From positions 186,124,001 to 186,188,000 of the forward strand of contig OX597814.1 of assembly GCA_951406725.2 (NCBI GenBank): 64,000 nucleotides of DNA, written 5' to 3'. Position 1 is the first letter of the stretch. Every line of letters starts with the position of its first letter. Positions 53,961 through 64,000 of the stretch are shown here, piece by piece. The DNA is from Octopus vulgaris (lineage: Eukaryota). The translations under genes were made by a program, and so were the position numbers. The notes under the pieces were generated by a model. The model saw only the letters and a program-made list of their open reading frames with translations. It had not been told where the DNA came from and searched no databases.

Positions 53961-54350
53961 AAGGTGGCAAGCTCGCAGAACCATTAGCACACCAGGCAAA
54001 ATGCTTAGTGGTATTTCGTCCATCGAGCTGGCAGAAATGCTTTGCGGTATTTCGTCTGCTGTTACGTTCTGAGTTCAAATTCCGCCGAGGTCGACTTTGC
54101 CTTTCATACTTTCAGGGTCGATAAATTAAGTACCAGTTATGCACTGGGGTTAATATAATCGACTTAATCCATTTGTCTGTCCTTGTTTGTCCGCTCTGTG
54201 TTTAGCCCCTTGTGGGTAGTAAAGAAATAGGTATTTCGTCCATCTTAACATTCTGGGTTTAAATTCCACTATGGTCATCTTTGTCTTTCATCCTTTTGGG
54301 GTTGATAAAATAACTACCAGGTGAACTCTGGCATTGATGTAATCAACTTA
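53961..54350 (+). mobile_element. Young family C SINE (54025-54229) nested in an older family C copy
   Basis: TSD GGTATTTCGTCCATC at 54010-54024 and 54230-54244. Confidence 0.88.
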
Positions 54351-54449
54351 CCTATGCCAAAGCAGACATTGGAGCATGATGCAGTCCTTGAACGCATTGG
54401 ATCCTATCAAACCATTCAACCCATGCCAGAATGAAATACTGACATTAAA

Positions 54450-54675
54450 AGGCGGTGAGCTGTCAGAAACGTTGGCACGCCGGGCGAAATGCTTAGCAGT
54501 ATTTCATCTGCCGTTATGTTCTGAGTTCAAATTCCACCGAGGTCGACTTTGCCTTTCATCCTTTCAATAAATTAAGTACCAGTTACGCACTGGGGTCGAT
54601 GTAATCGACTTAATACCTTTATCTGTCCTTGTTTGTCCTCTCTGTGTTTAGTCCCTTGTGGGCAATAAAGAAATA
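54450..54675 (+). mobile_element. Family C SINE with 17-bp TSD
   Basis: GAAATACTGACATTAAA at 54433-54449 and 54676-54692. Confidence 0.92.
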
Positions 54676-54928
54676 GAAATACTGACATTAAATGATAATG
54701 AATAATCTTAAATCTTTGTATTCTTATTTAGATATGAATGTAGTAAGTCTATTGGCAATGATAGAATAACCCTAAACATATTTTTGTCGTGTGTCAAAGC
54801 TCTCAACATAATACTTTCTAGGGAAAAAAATACATTATTGCTAAAACAAATATCAATTTCCTTAATTATTGTATTAAGGGCCACAAAATAACACCTGGCC
54901 CTGCTCGGCAGTTTCTACTTAAACATCT

Positions 54929-55157
54929 TTAATCTTTTAGCATTCTGATAACTTTGTCTATTATAATGCTTATTGATTCACATTGTTTTGAATTAATCAT
55001 GCATTATCTCATAGCTTCAAGATTTTGATGATGATGATTATATACTTTTAGAATAATACTGTAGGTTAAATGTTCAAAGCCGGATTTGGTCACTTCGAAA
55101 TTAAAACAGGCAGCATATCTGAGCCCAATATGGCTAATTTAAATGCTAAAAGGTTAG
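54929..55157. mobile_element. Family G piggyBac-type MITE, uninterrupted (~230 bp)
   Basis: TTAATCTTTTAGCATT and AATGCTAAAAGGTTAG termini. Confidence 0.78.
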
Positions 55158-57866
55158 ATACCTAATTCTAAACAACAACTTGAAAAGATCATGCATTTGC
55201 AAGCAAATGGCACATTTTTCAGATAAAGACCCTTAATAATGCATCAAAAAGGTGTTACTGTTTTCAAAAAAGATTTAAATCATTATAGAAAATTCTTGTC
55301 CCTACCCTATTGACAACTCTATTCCATTTGCAGTGGAGACCAACTTGTTGGATACTATTCTATCTGCAACATATACATGGATGGTATTCTGTTGCTGTCT
55401 CTCAAACCCTTTCCAAAAGTAGACTGTTGTATCCTTCTATTAAGAAAAGCAGCTGCCACAGTTGTTAGATGTTTAGGCAAATGACAATGCTACCTCATAA
55501 TGAGATACTTTACCCCCATTACAGGACAACAAAGCATCCAATTTATGCTGGTTAAATCTCGTAAATGCAAAGAAAGAATGACAAAATATTATGCTGGAGG
55601 GTTCAAATTCCATTATGCAATTTTAGCATTTTCTATAGATGTGGAAAAGAGAATGTGTGCACTGATTTCTTGTCCTGAATTTGTTCTGTTCAATCAGATT
55701 ATAGATTTCTTCAATAGTTCATTATGATTTGTGTCACCCAGTTGTGACATTGCATAAAAGAAAAAGATTTTCCATCTACTAAAAATATTTGCAAAATATG
55801 TTATGTTGTGAGCGCCAAATATGCACTGACCTAAAACTTAAATTTTAAAGTCCTTATGGAACAACACCTAATAAAAGCTATTCAGATGAAGGAGGAATAT
55901 ATATTGCATTCAGTTAGTGGTGGTGGTGGTGGTGGTGGTGGTGGTGGTGGAGGGGTAATATTCAAATATTTATCTTTTAGTAATGGTTCATGAATATTCA
56001 CATTACAGTTTTCTTACTACTTGTTCTGATTACATCTCTTAAACTGTTTTTCAGGGTCTCAAAAAGCATTTTCTCTGGTTGGAACTTTCAACACTAACAA
56101 CAGTGATAGAAAATCTCATGACTATGGAAGCAAATAAGAACTACATAGAGTATCGATGTGCTGACACTATGAGGGATCATAATAGAGGGTGTGACCAAGT
56201 TGGGTAAATTCAAGAAAGCTCAACTGTATATGAGATACTGTTTCACCTTGTGATTTCTCAGTGTCTGACATTTACAAGCGAAAGAGTTAATCTTATGGAA
56301 ACAGACTTATCAATTGCTGACTCAATTCTAGATCCTAATAACATTTCCAGCTCTCATTCTTTATGCCACAGCACTACCATTATTTCTCAAGAGGGAGTGA
56401 ATAACAGTAATACGGAGATTATTTCAAAGAGAGCTATAAAAGCACTTGAAAGAACTACTTTATGACTTTATTACTGTGTTAAATTATATAAACATAAAAT
56501 CTAATTCCACATTAGAGTTATGCTTATTGCTGTTAACTCTTGCTAATTTTACGTTCTCAGAGTTCATTGCTTTTTTTCTTTTTTCTTTTTCTTAAAGGTG
56601 GAGGGAATGTTGCGATTCTACATTTCCTCAATAATTTATGTATCATGTGGTAGGTGAGCTCTCTTCCAAAAGTAAGCCAGATGGTGTGTTGCAGCATTGT
56701 TCCTTGAATAAAGTCTTCAATATATAGATCTATCTTGTTACTTCTTAAGAGAATTTATAATAAAAGTAATTTTATATTCTAAACTTCAAATTAAATATAT
56801 AAGAAATGTGTAAAACATTATCAAATAGTGTTTCGAGGAGAAATTGTCTTGTTCTTGAGAGAAAAAGAGATATTTTCATCTAAAATTAATCAATAATTTT
56901 TGTGAATATTTACTCCAACAAATAGTTTAATATTATATTAGATATTTACTAACAATTAACTTTTTCAAATAAACATTTCCTCAATACTCTTGCAATGAAT
57001 GCTAACAACTACCATTGAATACTCCTGTTATCACTGAGTTAAAATGAAAGAAGTTATGAGGAAAATACATTAAATGAAGAGATTCATACTTGACAATTTT
57101 TCTGGTTCTTGGGCTGACAATGAAGCCTCCTGTGTTACCAGCTAAATGTGGTTAATGGAACCCTTGACAACTTTTAGTCACAATGTTTTCTTCAAGCAAA
57201 GGCACTGATGGAAATTTTACAAGGCAGAAAGAGATTAATTTCAGGCCCTTTCTGAGAAGTGGGTGGGGCTTGCTCCCAGTCAGAAAATCACAAAGTACCT
57301 TCTTAGATTTCCAGGCCCCTCCTTGGATCTTAAAGTCCTGGATAGCTGTACTAGCTGCCCTGACTTCAAATTCTGACTGGGAAAATAGCAAAGATTATAG
57401 ACGATGCTGAAACAAATTAATAGATGTTATCACCAAAAACATAACCCAAATGAATTGAAATATTCTGTTTCCAACACTGTTCAGTGTTAATTAAATAATA
57501 AATACCAGATGGATCGCACTAACATTTAACTCTTTTGTCTCTACCATTGAGTTATTATCAGTTGACAGAAACAATTAATTCATGCTTGTGTATCATTATT
57601 GAAATAGTCATTACTGAAATAATGGGTTCTTCCAAAAATATTTAGTTGGGAATTACTAGAGTAGATTGGTGGTTTTCACAGCCATGTTTTATTCAAACAC
57701 CTCAATAACAAAAGGTTGATAGTTCCTGCTGGCATACAGTATCAACAAGGGCTGAAACTTCAGACTTATTATCATGTTATTACATCTCCAATTGGCTTTT
57801 TTATGATGATAAATATTCCACATAAATATTGTTCTGAACTTGTTGCTAGTATTACTTACTTATGTA

Positions 57867-58742
57867 AGACAGCAAGCTGACAGAATCATTAGCATATCTG
57901 ATAAAATTCTTAGTGGTATTTCAAATGCTTAGTGGTATTTCAAGGCAGCAAGCTGGCAGAAACGTTAGCACACCGGGCGAAATACCTAGCGATATTTCGT
58001 CTGCCGCTATGTTCAGAGTTCAAATTCCACCGAGGTCGACTTTGCCTTTCATCCTTTTGGGGTCAATTAAATAAGTACCAGTTATGCACTGGGGTCGATA
58101 TAATCGACTTAATCCATTTGTCTGTCCTTGTTTGTCCTCTCTGTGTTTAGCCCCTTGTGGGTAGTAAAGAAATAGGTATTTCATCTGGTTTTATGCTCCA
58201 AGTTCAAATTCCACTGAGGTTGACTTTGCCTTTCATCCTTTTGAGGTTGATGAAATAAGTACCAGTTGAAAACTGGGGTCGATGTAATGGACTTTACACT
58301 GGCCCCAAACTTACCAGCCTTGTTCCCAAATCTAAAACCAATATTTCTTACTTAAGTAGGGCAGTGAGCTTGCAAAATCATTATCACACTGGGCAAAAAG
58401 CTTAGTAGAATTTCATCTAGCTTTACGGTCTGAGTTCAAATTTCACCAAGGTCAACTTTGCCTTACATGAAACCAACTGAAATGAGTCTGTAATACTGTA
58501 TTGCATTGATACTAATACATCCACTCTTTAAGGCAGTGAGCTGATAGAATTGTTAGCATGCCAGGTGAAATACTTAGAGGCATTTCACCCATTTTCATGC
58601 TCTGAGTTCAAATTCCACCAAAGTCAGCTCTGCCTTTCAGCCTTTCAGGGTTGATAAACTAAGTACCAGTTGAACATTAGGGAAGATGTAATCAACTTAA
58701 CCCATCCCTGAAATTGCTGGTCTTGTGCCAAAATTTGAAACA
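57867..58742 (+). mobile_element. Family C SINE cluster including a nested young copy (57944-58174)
   Basis: GGTATTTCA flanks the nested copy. Further copies at about 58358-58465 and 58530-58742. Confidence 0.85.
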
Positions 58743-58749
58743 CATATTA

Positions 58750-59081
58750 CTTAAGTCCATTCTTATAGAGCATAGGTCATGGACAACCTACATCCACTGT
58801 TCTTGACCCTAGGTTGTCTTTTCTGTTTCCCCGAGGGAAGGCCATCTTCTCACAGGTCTTGTTTGGTTCAAATTGTCATTGATACTTTTATAACTTAGCT
58901 GGGGATGTTGGTTCTATGCATATCCATTTTTACCTCAGGGTAGCAATAGTCCATATTACTCTGGCCTCTATCCTTTGACCTGCCTAGCATAGGAGGACCT
59001 ACCAGGATCTTGTCTCCTGCTGGAATAGCTCTTAATGTTACTGAAGCACACAAGCTATCACACCACAACAAGGACTGGACT
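58750..59081 (-). mobile_element. Bipartite non-autonomous RTE derivative (5' UTR joined to 3' tail)
   Basis: Minus 5' CCTTGTTGTGGTGTGATAGCTTGTGTGCTTCAGTAACATTAAGAGCTAT; minus 3' ATGACCTATGCTC..GGACTTAAGT. No ORF. Confidence 0.6.
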
Positions 59082-59330
59082 TTGTGGTGAACTAATATTA
59101 TTGTTATATATGGACTTCATTTTGCAAGATATAAAGTCCAGTTCTTGCAGCTGAAGGCAAGAGGATATAGCCACTCAAATGAACAGTGAATAAATGAAAG
59201 ATAAGGCTAGTCCTGGAAAGTTTTGAACTTTCTATGTGGAAATGCAAAACAATATCCTAGCAGTTCTTTCACTTAATTCTCTGCCATTTCTCTATAATTG
59301 GATATTTAATACATTCTTAGCTATCTTCTT

Positions 59331-59548
59331 AAGGTGGCGAGCTGGCAGAATCGTTAGCATGCCAGGCGAAATGCTTAGCAGTGTTTCATCTGTCTTTACG
59401 TTCTGAGTTCAAATTCCGTTAAGGTCGATTTTGCCTTTCATCTTTTTGGGGTCGATAAATTAAGTACCAGTTGTGTACTGGAGTCAACCTAATTGACTGA
59501 ACCCCTCCCCCCAAAAAAATTTCAGGCCTTGTGCCTAGTGTAGAAAAG
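59331..59548 (+). mobile_element. Family C short-variant SINE with diverged 23-bp TSD
   Basis: AATACATTCTTAGCTATCTTCTT (59308-59330) versus AATACACTCATAGTTATCTTCTT (59549-59571). Confidence 0.88.
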
Positions 59549-60414
59549 AATACACTCATAGTTATCTTCTTTTAATCATGATAAGAATTTCCGTTACATA
59601 GATACAAGGCATATGGTAATTATTCAAATATTCTTTCACTACTACCATGCAATAAATGCTACATTCATGGTTTATAGAGTTTTCTAAATATTTTCATTCC
59701 TGCATTTTTAAAATAAATTAGCAGAACACAATTATTTTTCTCTAATATTTCACATGATAGAAATTAAGAGAAAGAATGAAATATATGAAAACTGAAGCAT
59801 CCTAAAAGAGGGCGTGAGAAACAATGGGTGGAATATTTGGTGGAAATAAAGGGTGTAAAATTAAGATAGAACAGATAGATGACAAGATGAATAATCAGGA
59901 AGAGAAGAGTGAAAACTAAGGTAAAACAGAAAACAGGTTAGTGGAGGAAGGCAAGAAAAACATTGTGTTAAAGAAATATGAAGACAAACTTGCATGAATT
60001 ATTCAGTTATATTTCTGCTAAAGATTATTCTCTTTCTTCTGTACTCTTCTGTCTTCTTTTTTTTCTTTTTTTATATTTCAATAGTTTTCAGAAATGGCCA
60101 TTAAATCAATAATTTGTTGCACTTAATTTGAAGCAACCTTTCAAAAAGGTATTTGTTTTGTATTAATATGCATTTCCAAACAAGCAAACTATTATGCATT
60201 TGCAAACCATAATAAATTTAGCAATCATTTTGCACTTTCAATATTTTCCTTGTCTTATTGATCGGCGATACTTTTAGATAAGATAAATACCATCAAAGAC
60301 AAGCGCGAAAGACAAGGGGAGCTGTTTTATGGGCAAAATATTACAATAAATAAAATTGATTGCTTCTTTGATGATGTAAGAAAAAAAAATTAAGATGATC
60401 CAACAATTCCTACA

Positions 60415-60790
60415 GATAAGAAGTTTGATTCCCAACCATTTGGTCTTGGGTTCAATCCCATTGCACAGCACCTTGGTCAAGTATCTTCTACTATAGCCTT
60501 GGACCAACCAAAGCCTTGTGAGTGAATTTGGTAGACTGAAACTGAAAGGAGACCATCGTACATATATGTATATATGTGTATCTGTGTGTCTTGGTGTTTG
60601 GCCACCACCACCACATGATAGCCAGTGTTGGTTTGTTTATATCCCTGTAACATAGTGCTTTGGCAAAAGAGACCAATAGAATAAATACTAGGATTAGAAA
60701 GGAAAAGAGATACTGGGGTTAATTTCTTTGATTAAACCTTCAAGGCAGTAACCCAGCATGGCCACATCCAGTGACTGAAACAAAATAAAA
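60415..60790 (+). mobile_element. Family B SINE, diverged
   Basis: Colinear with other copies. Confidence 0.85.
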
Positions 60791-60859
60791 AATATCAATG
60801 GATTTTTCCATAGTCCATATCTATGCATAGATAGATAGATACACGTACATAAAGATATA

Positions 60860-60980
60860 TATATATGTATATCATATGTGCATATATATATATATATCAT
60901 ATGTGCATATATATATATATATATCATATGTGCATATATATATATATATATCATATGTGCATATATATATATATATATAT
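60860..60980. repeat. Minisatellite (TA)n-TCATATGTGC x4
   Basis: Seen directly. Confidence 0.9.
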
Positions 60981-61086
60981 ATATTGTATAGAGGGCATTA
61001 TTACACATAAATGCCTCACACTAGGAGGGACAAAGTCATTACTAGTGTGAGGCATTTATGTGTAATAATGCCCTCTATACAATATA
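60980..61086. repeat. Perfect 45-bp inverted repeat with 17-nt spacer
   Basis: Arms 60980-61024 and 61042-61086. Confidence 0.95.
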
Positions 61087-61225
61087 GATATAATTAATTT
61101 GTTCAAAAGAAAAAAATTATTTTCGGATTCTTTTCTTTTATGAGGTTTTCACGCTAGCTACCCGATAATTTCTTGTTAAGATCCCTTATTAAGAGATTAT
61201 CCTTAATTGTTAAACTTATATATAT

Positions 61226-61459
61226 ATCATCATCATCATCGTTTAACGTCCGTTTTCTGCGCTAGCACGGGTTGGACGGTTTGACCGGGGTCTGGGAAGC
61301 CAGAGGCCTCTCCAGGCTCCAGTCTGATCTGGCAGAGTTTCTACGGCTGGATGCCCTTCCTAACGCCAACCACTCCGCGAGTGGATTGGGTGCTTTTTAC
61401 GTGCCACCTGCACAGGGGCCGGGGGGTTCGGCATCGGTCACGATCGGTTCGAGCTTTTT
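61226..61459 (-). mobile_element. Family A RTE 3' end, CpG-rich variant
   Basis: (ATC)n GTTTAACGTCCG, core and about 1.5 modules. Homology stops at GCTTTTT (61459). Confidence 0.9.
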
Positions 61460-61856
61460 CTAGAGTTGAGTTGGGGGGGGTCTAGCTGAGAAAGGTTCCA
61501 CCAGTGGAAAGAGAGGGAGAGATAGAGGGGGGTGCAGGTAATAAAGGGAAGCACCAGTGGGGAAGGTTGGGTAAGGAGGAACGATGACAAGGAAAGGGTT
61601 GGTGCAGAAGAAATAAAAACGTAGGATATCACGAGACAGGGAGGGGGACTGGAAGGAGATGGTCGGATTGAGGCAGTGCCAGATTCTAAACAGGAGGTAA
61701 CATAAGATCAGTGGGGCAGTTAATGAGCTGCGGTACTAGCAGCTTGACTTGGTGGGGGGAAGGGGTAGTACACAGTGAAAGCATATGTGAAGGAGGGGTA
61801 GGAGGGAGAGACACACGTGGGGGAGGAGGAGGGAGGAGGGCATATCCGGTGTAGAT

Positions 61857-61988
61857 GGTGAGAAGTGTTCACCGGTATTGGTGGTGGGGGTGAGAAGTGT
61901 TCACCGGCATTGGTGGTGGGGGTGAGAAGTGTTCACCGGTATTGGTGGTGGAGGTGAGAAGTGTTCACCGGTATTGGTGGTGGGGGTG
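61857..61988. repeat. 32-bp G-rich VNTR, 4 copies
   Basis: GGTGAGAAGTGTTCACCGGTATTGGTGGTGGG at 61857, 61889, 61921 and 61953. Confidence 0.97.
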
Positions 61989-62006
61989 GAAGGGCGGAGG
62001 CACCGC

Positions 62007-64000
62007 CGAATGGCGGAAAAGATGGAAATTAAGGATTGAAGGATTAAAGGGTTAAATTTCGTAGAGAAAAGATAGGAAAAACGAAGCAGTTATTGTACGA
62101 GTACAGACGTTTAACAATAGTAACGAATGAGGTACGAAAGATAATGGGATAAAATGTTTTTGCAACTTGCTGCGAATATGAAAGCCGGAAGCCGCTGTTG
62201 GAGAAGAAAGGAAGTCTAAAAATTGGGAACCGTAAATCGTAATGGCGACTAAGAAGAAGAAGAAGAAGAAGAAGACGAATGGCGGAAAAGATGGAAATTA
62301 AGGATTGAAGGATTAAAGGGTTAAATTTCGTAGAGAAAAGATAGGAAAAACGAAGCAGTTATTGTACGAGTACAGACGTTTAACAATAGTAACGAATGAG
62401 GTACGAAAGATAATGGGATAAAATGTTTTTGCAACTTGCTGCGAATATGAAAGCCGGAAGCCGCTGTTGAAGAAAGGAAGTCTAAAAATTGGGAACCGTA
62501 AATCGTAATGGCGACTAAGAAGAAGAAGAAAAGAAGAAGACGAATGGCGGAAAAAGATGGAAATTAAGGATTGAAGGATTAAAGGGTTAAATTTCGTAGA
62601 GAAAGATAGAGAGAAAAAGAAGCAGTTATTGTACGAGTACAGACGTTTAACAATAGTAACGAATGAGGTACGAAAGATAATGGGATAAAATGTTTTTGCA
62701 ACTTGCTGCGAATATGAAAAGCCGGAAGCCGCTGTTGGAGAAGAAAGGAAGTCTAAAAATTGGGAACCGTAAATCGTAATGGCGACTAAGAAGAAGAAGA
62801 AAAGAAGAAGACGAATGGCGGAAAAAGATGGAAATTAAGGATTGAAGGATTAAAGGGTTAAATTTCGTAGAGAAAAGATAGGAAAAACGAAGCAGTTATT
62901 GTACGAGTACAGACGTTTAACAATAGTAACGAATGAGGTACGAAAGATAATGGGATAAAATGTTTTTGCAACTTGCTGCGAATATGAAAGCCGGAAGCCG
63001 CTGTTGGAGAAGAAAGGAAGTCTAAAAATTGGGAACCGTAAATCGTAATGGCGACTAAGAAGAAGAAGAAGAAGAAGAAGACGAATGGCGGAAAAGATGG
63101 AAATTAAGGATTGAAGGATTAAAGGGTTAAATTTCGTAGAGAAAAGATAGGAAAAACGAAGCAGTTATTGTACGAGTACAGACGTTTAACAATAGTAACG
63201 AATGAGGTACGAAAGATAATGGGATAAAATGTTTTTGCAACTTGCTGCGAATATGAAAGCCGGAAGCCGCTGTTGAAGAAAGGAAGTCTAAAAATTGGGA
63301 ACCGTAAATCGTAATGGCGACTAAGAAGAAGAAGAAAAGAAGAAGACGAATGGCGGAAAAGATGGAAATTAAGGATTGAAGGATTAAAGGGTTAAATTTC
63401 GTAGAGAAAAGATAGGAAAAACGAAGCAGTTATTGTACGAGTACAGACGTTTAACAATAGTAACGAATGAGGTACGAAAGATAATGGGATAAAATGTTTT
63501 TGCAACTTGCTGCGAATATGAAAGCCGGAAGCCGCTGTTGGAGAAGAAAGGAAGTCTAAAAATTGGGAACCGTAAATCGTAATGGCGACTAAGAAGAAGA
63601 AGAAGAAGAAGAAGAGCGAATGGCGGAAAAATGGAAATTAAGGATTGAAGGATTAAAGGGTTAAATTTCGTAGAGAAAAGATAGGAAAAACGAAGCAGTT
63701 ATTGTACGAGTACAGACGTTTAACAATAGTAACGAATGAGGTACGAAAGATAATGGGATAAAATGTTTTTGCAACTTGCTGCGAATATGAAAGCCGGAAG
63801 CCGCTGTTGGAGAAGAAAGGAAGTCTAAAAATTGGGAACCGTAAATCGTAATGGCGACTAAGAAGAAGAAGAAGAAGAAAGAAGAAGACGAATGGCGGAA
63901 AAGATGGAAAGGATTAAAGGATTAAAGGGTTAAATTTCGTAGAGAAAAGATAGGAAAAACGAAGCAGTTATTGTACGAGTACAGACGTTTAACAATAGTA
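62007..64000. repeat. ~270-bp tandem array (7 full units plus a partial one, open at the window end)
   Basis: Units start CGAATGGCGG at 62007, 62276, 62541, 62812, 63082, 63347, 63617 and 63889. Each ends in (AAG)n and they are nearly identical. Confidence 0.98.

Noticed and set aside
55334-55727. WMVFCCCLSNPF resembling GPCR TM7, and ORF 55500-55727
   Set aside because: It lacks NPxxY, stops immediately, and no other TM exons were found.
57152-57410. Opposing 75-79 aa ORFs in a GC-richer unique patch
   Set aside because: No recognisable domain and no consistent splice pair.
61857-61988. CRISPR-like 32-bp palindromic repeats
   Set aside because: Units are contiguous with no spacers, there are no cas genes, and the context is eukaryotic.
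62225-62285. HDV-like ribozyme suggested by TCGTAATGGCGACTAA in the monomer
   Set aside because: The purine-rich strand offers no P2 partner and no pyrimidine-rich P3/L3, so the nested pseudoknot cannot be built.
62007-64000. Telomeric array or coding repeat
   Set aside because: There are no TTAGGG runs (only TTAAAGGGTT), and no ORF of 60 aa or more in any frame.

Overview
AT-rich eukaryotic non-coding DNA, dense in microsatellites and transposons. The SINE repertoire is most consistent with an octopus (coleoid cephalopod) genome; this is an inference. No host protein-coding gene can be called confidently, and almost all listed ORFs are microsatellite or repeat artefacts. Family letters below are my own labels. 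Family A is the (GAT)n-tailed 3' end of an RTE LINE, with ORF remnants at 20217-20471 and 30472-30920. Families B-E are four tRNA-headed SINEs. Family F is a Penelope-like terminal repeat carrying a minimal hammerhead-ribozyme motif. Family G is a TTAA piggyBac-type MITE. Also present are a Dong/R4-type LINE end inside (TAA)n, CR1-type remnants, a complete non-autonomous Helitron and a Tigger-like MITE. The most unusual structure is 61226-64000. Read on the minus strand, a young CpG-rich array of ~270-bp monomers leads through a 32-bp VNTR and a pyrimidine-rich tether into an RTE 3' tail. It is a candidate composite non-autonomous retroelement with SVA-like or L1-monomer-like architecture.
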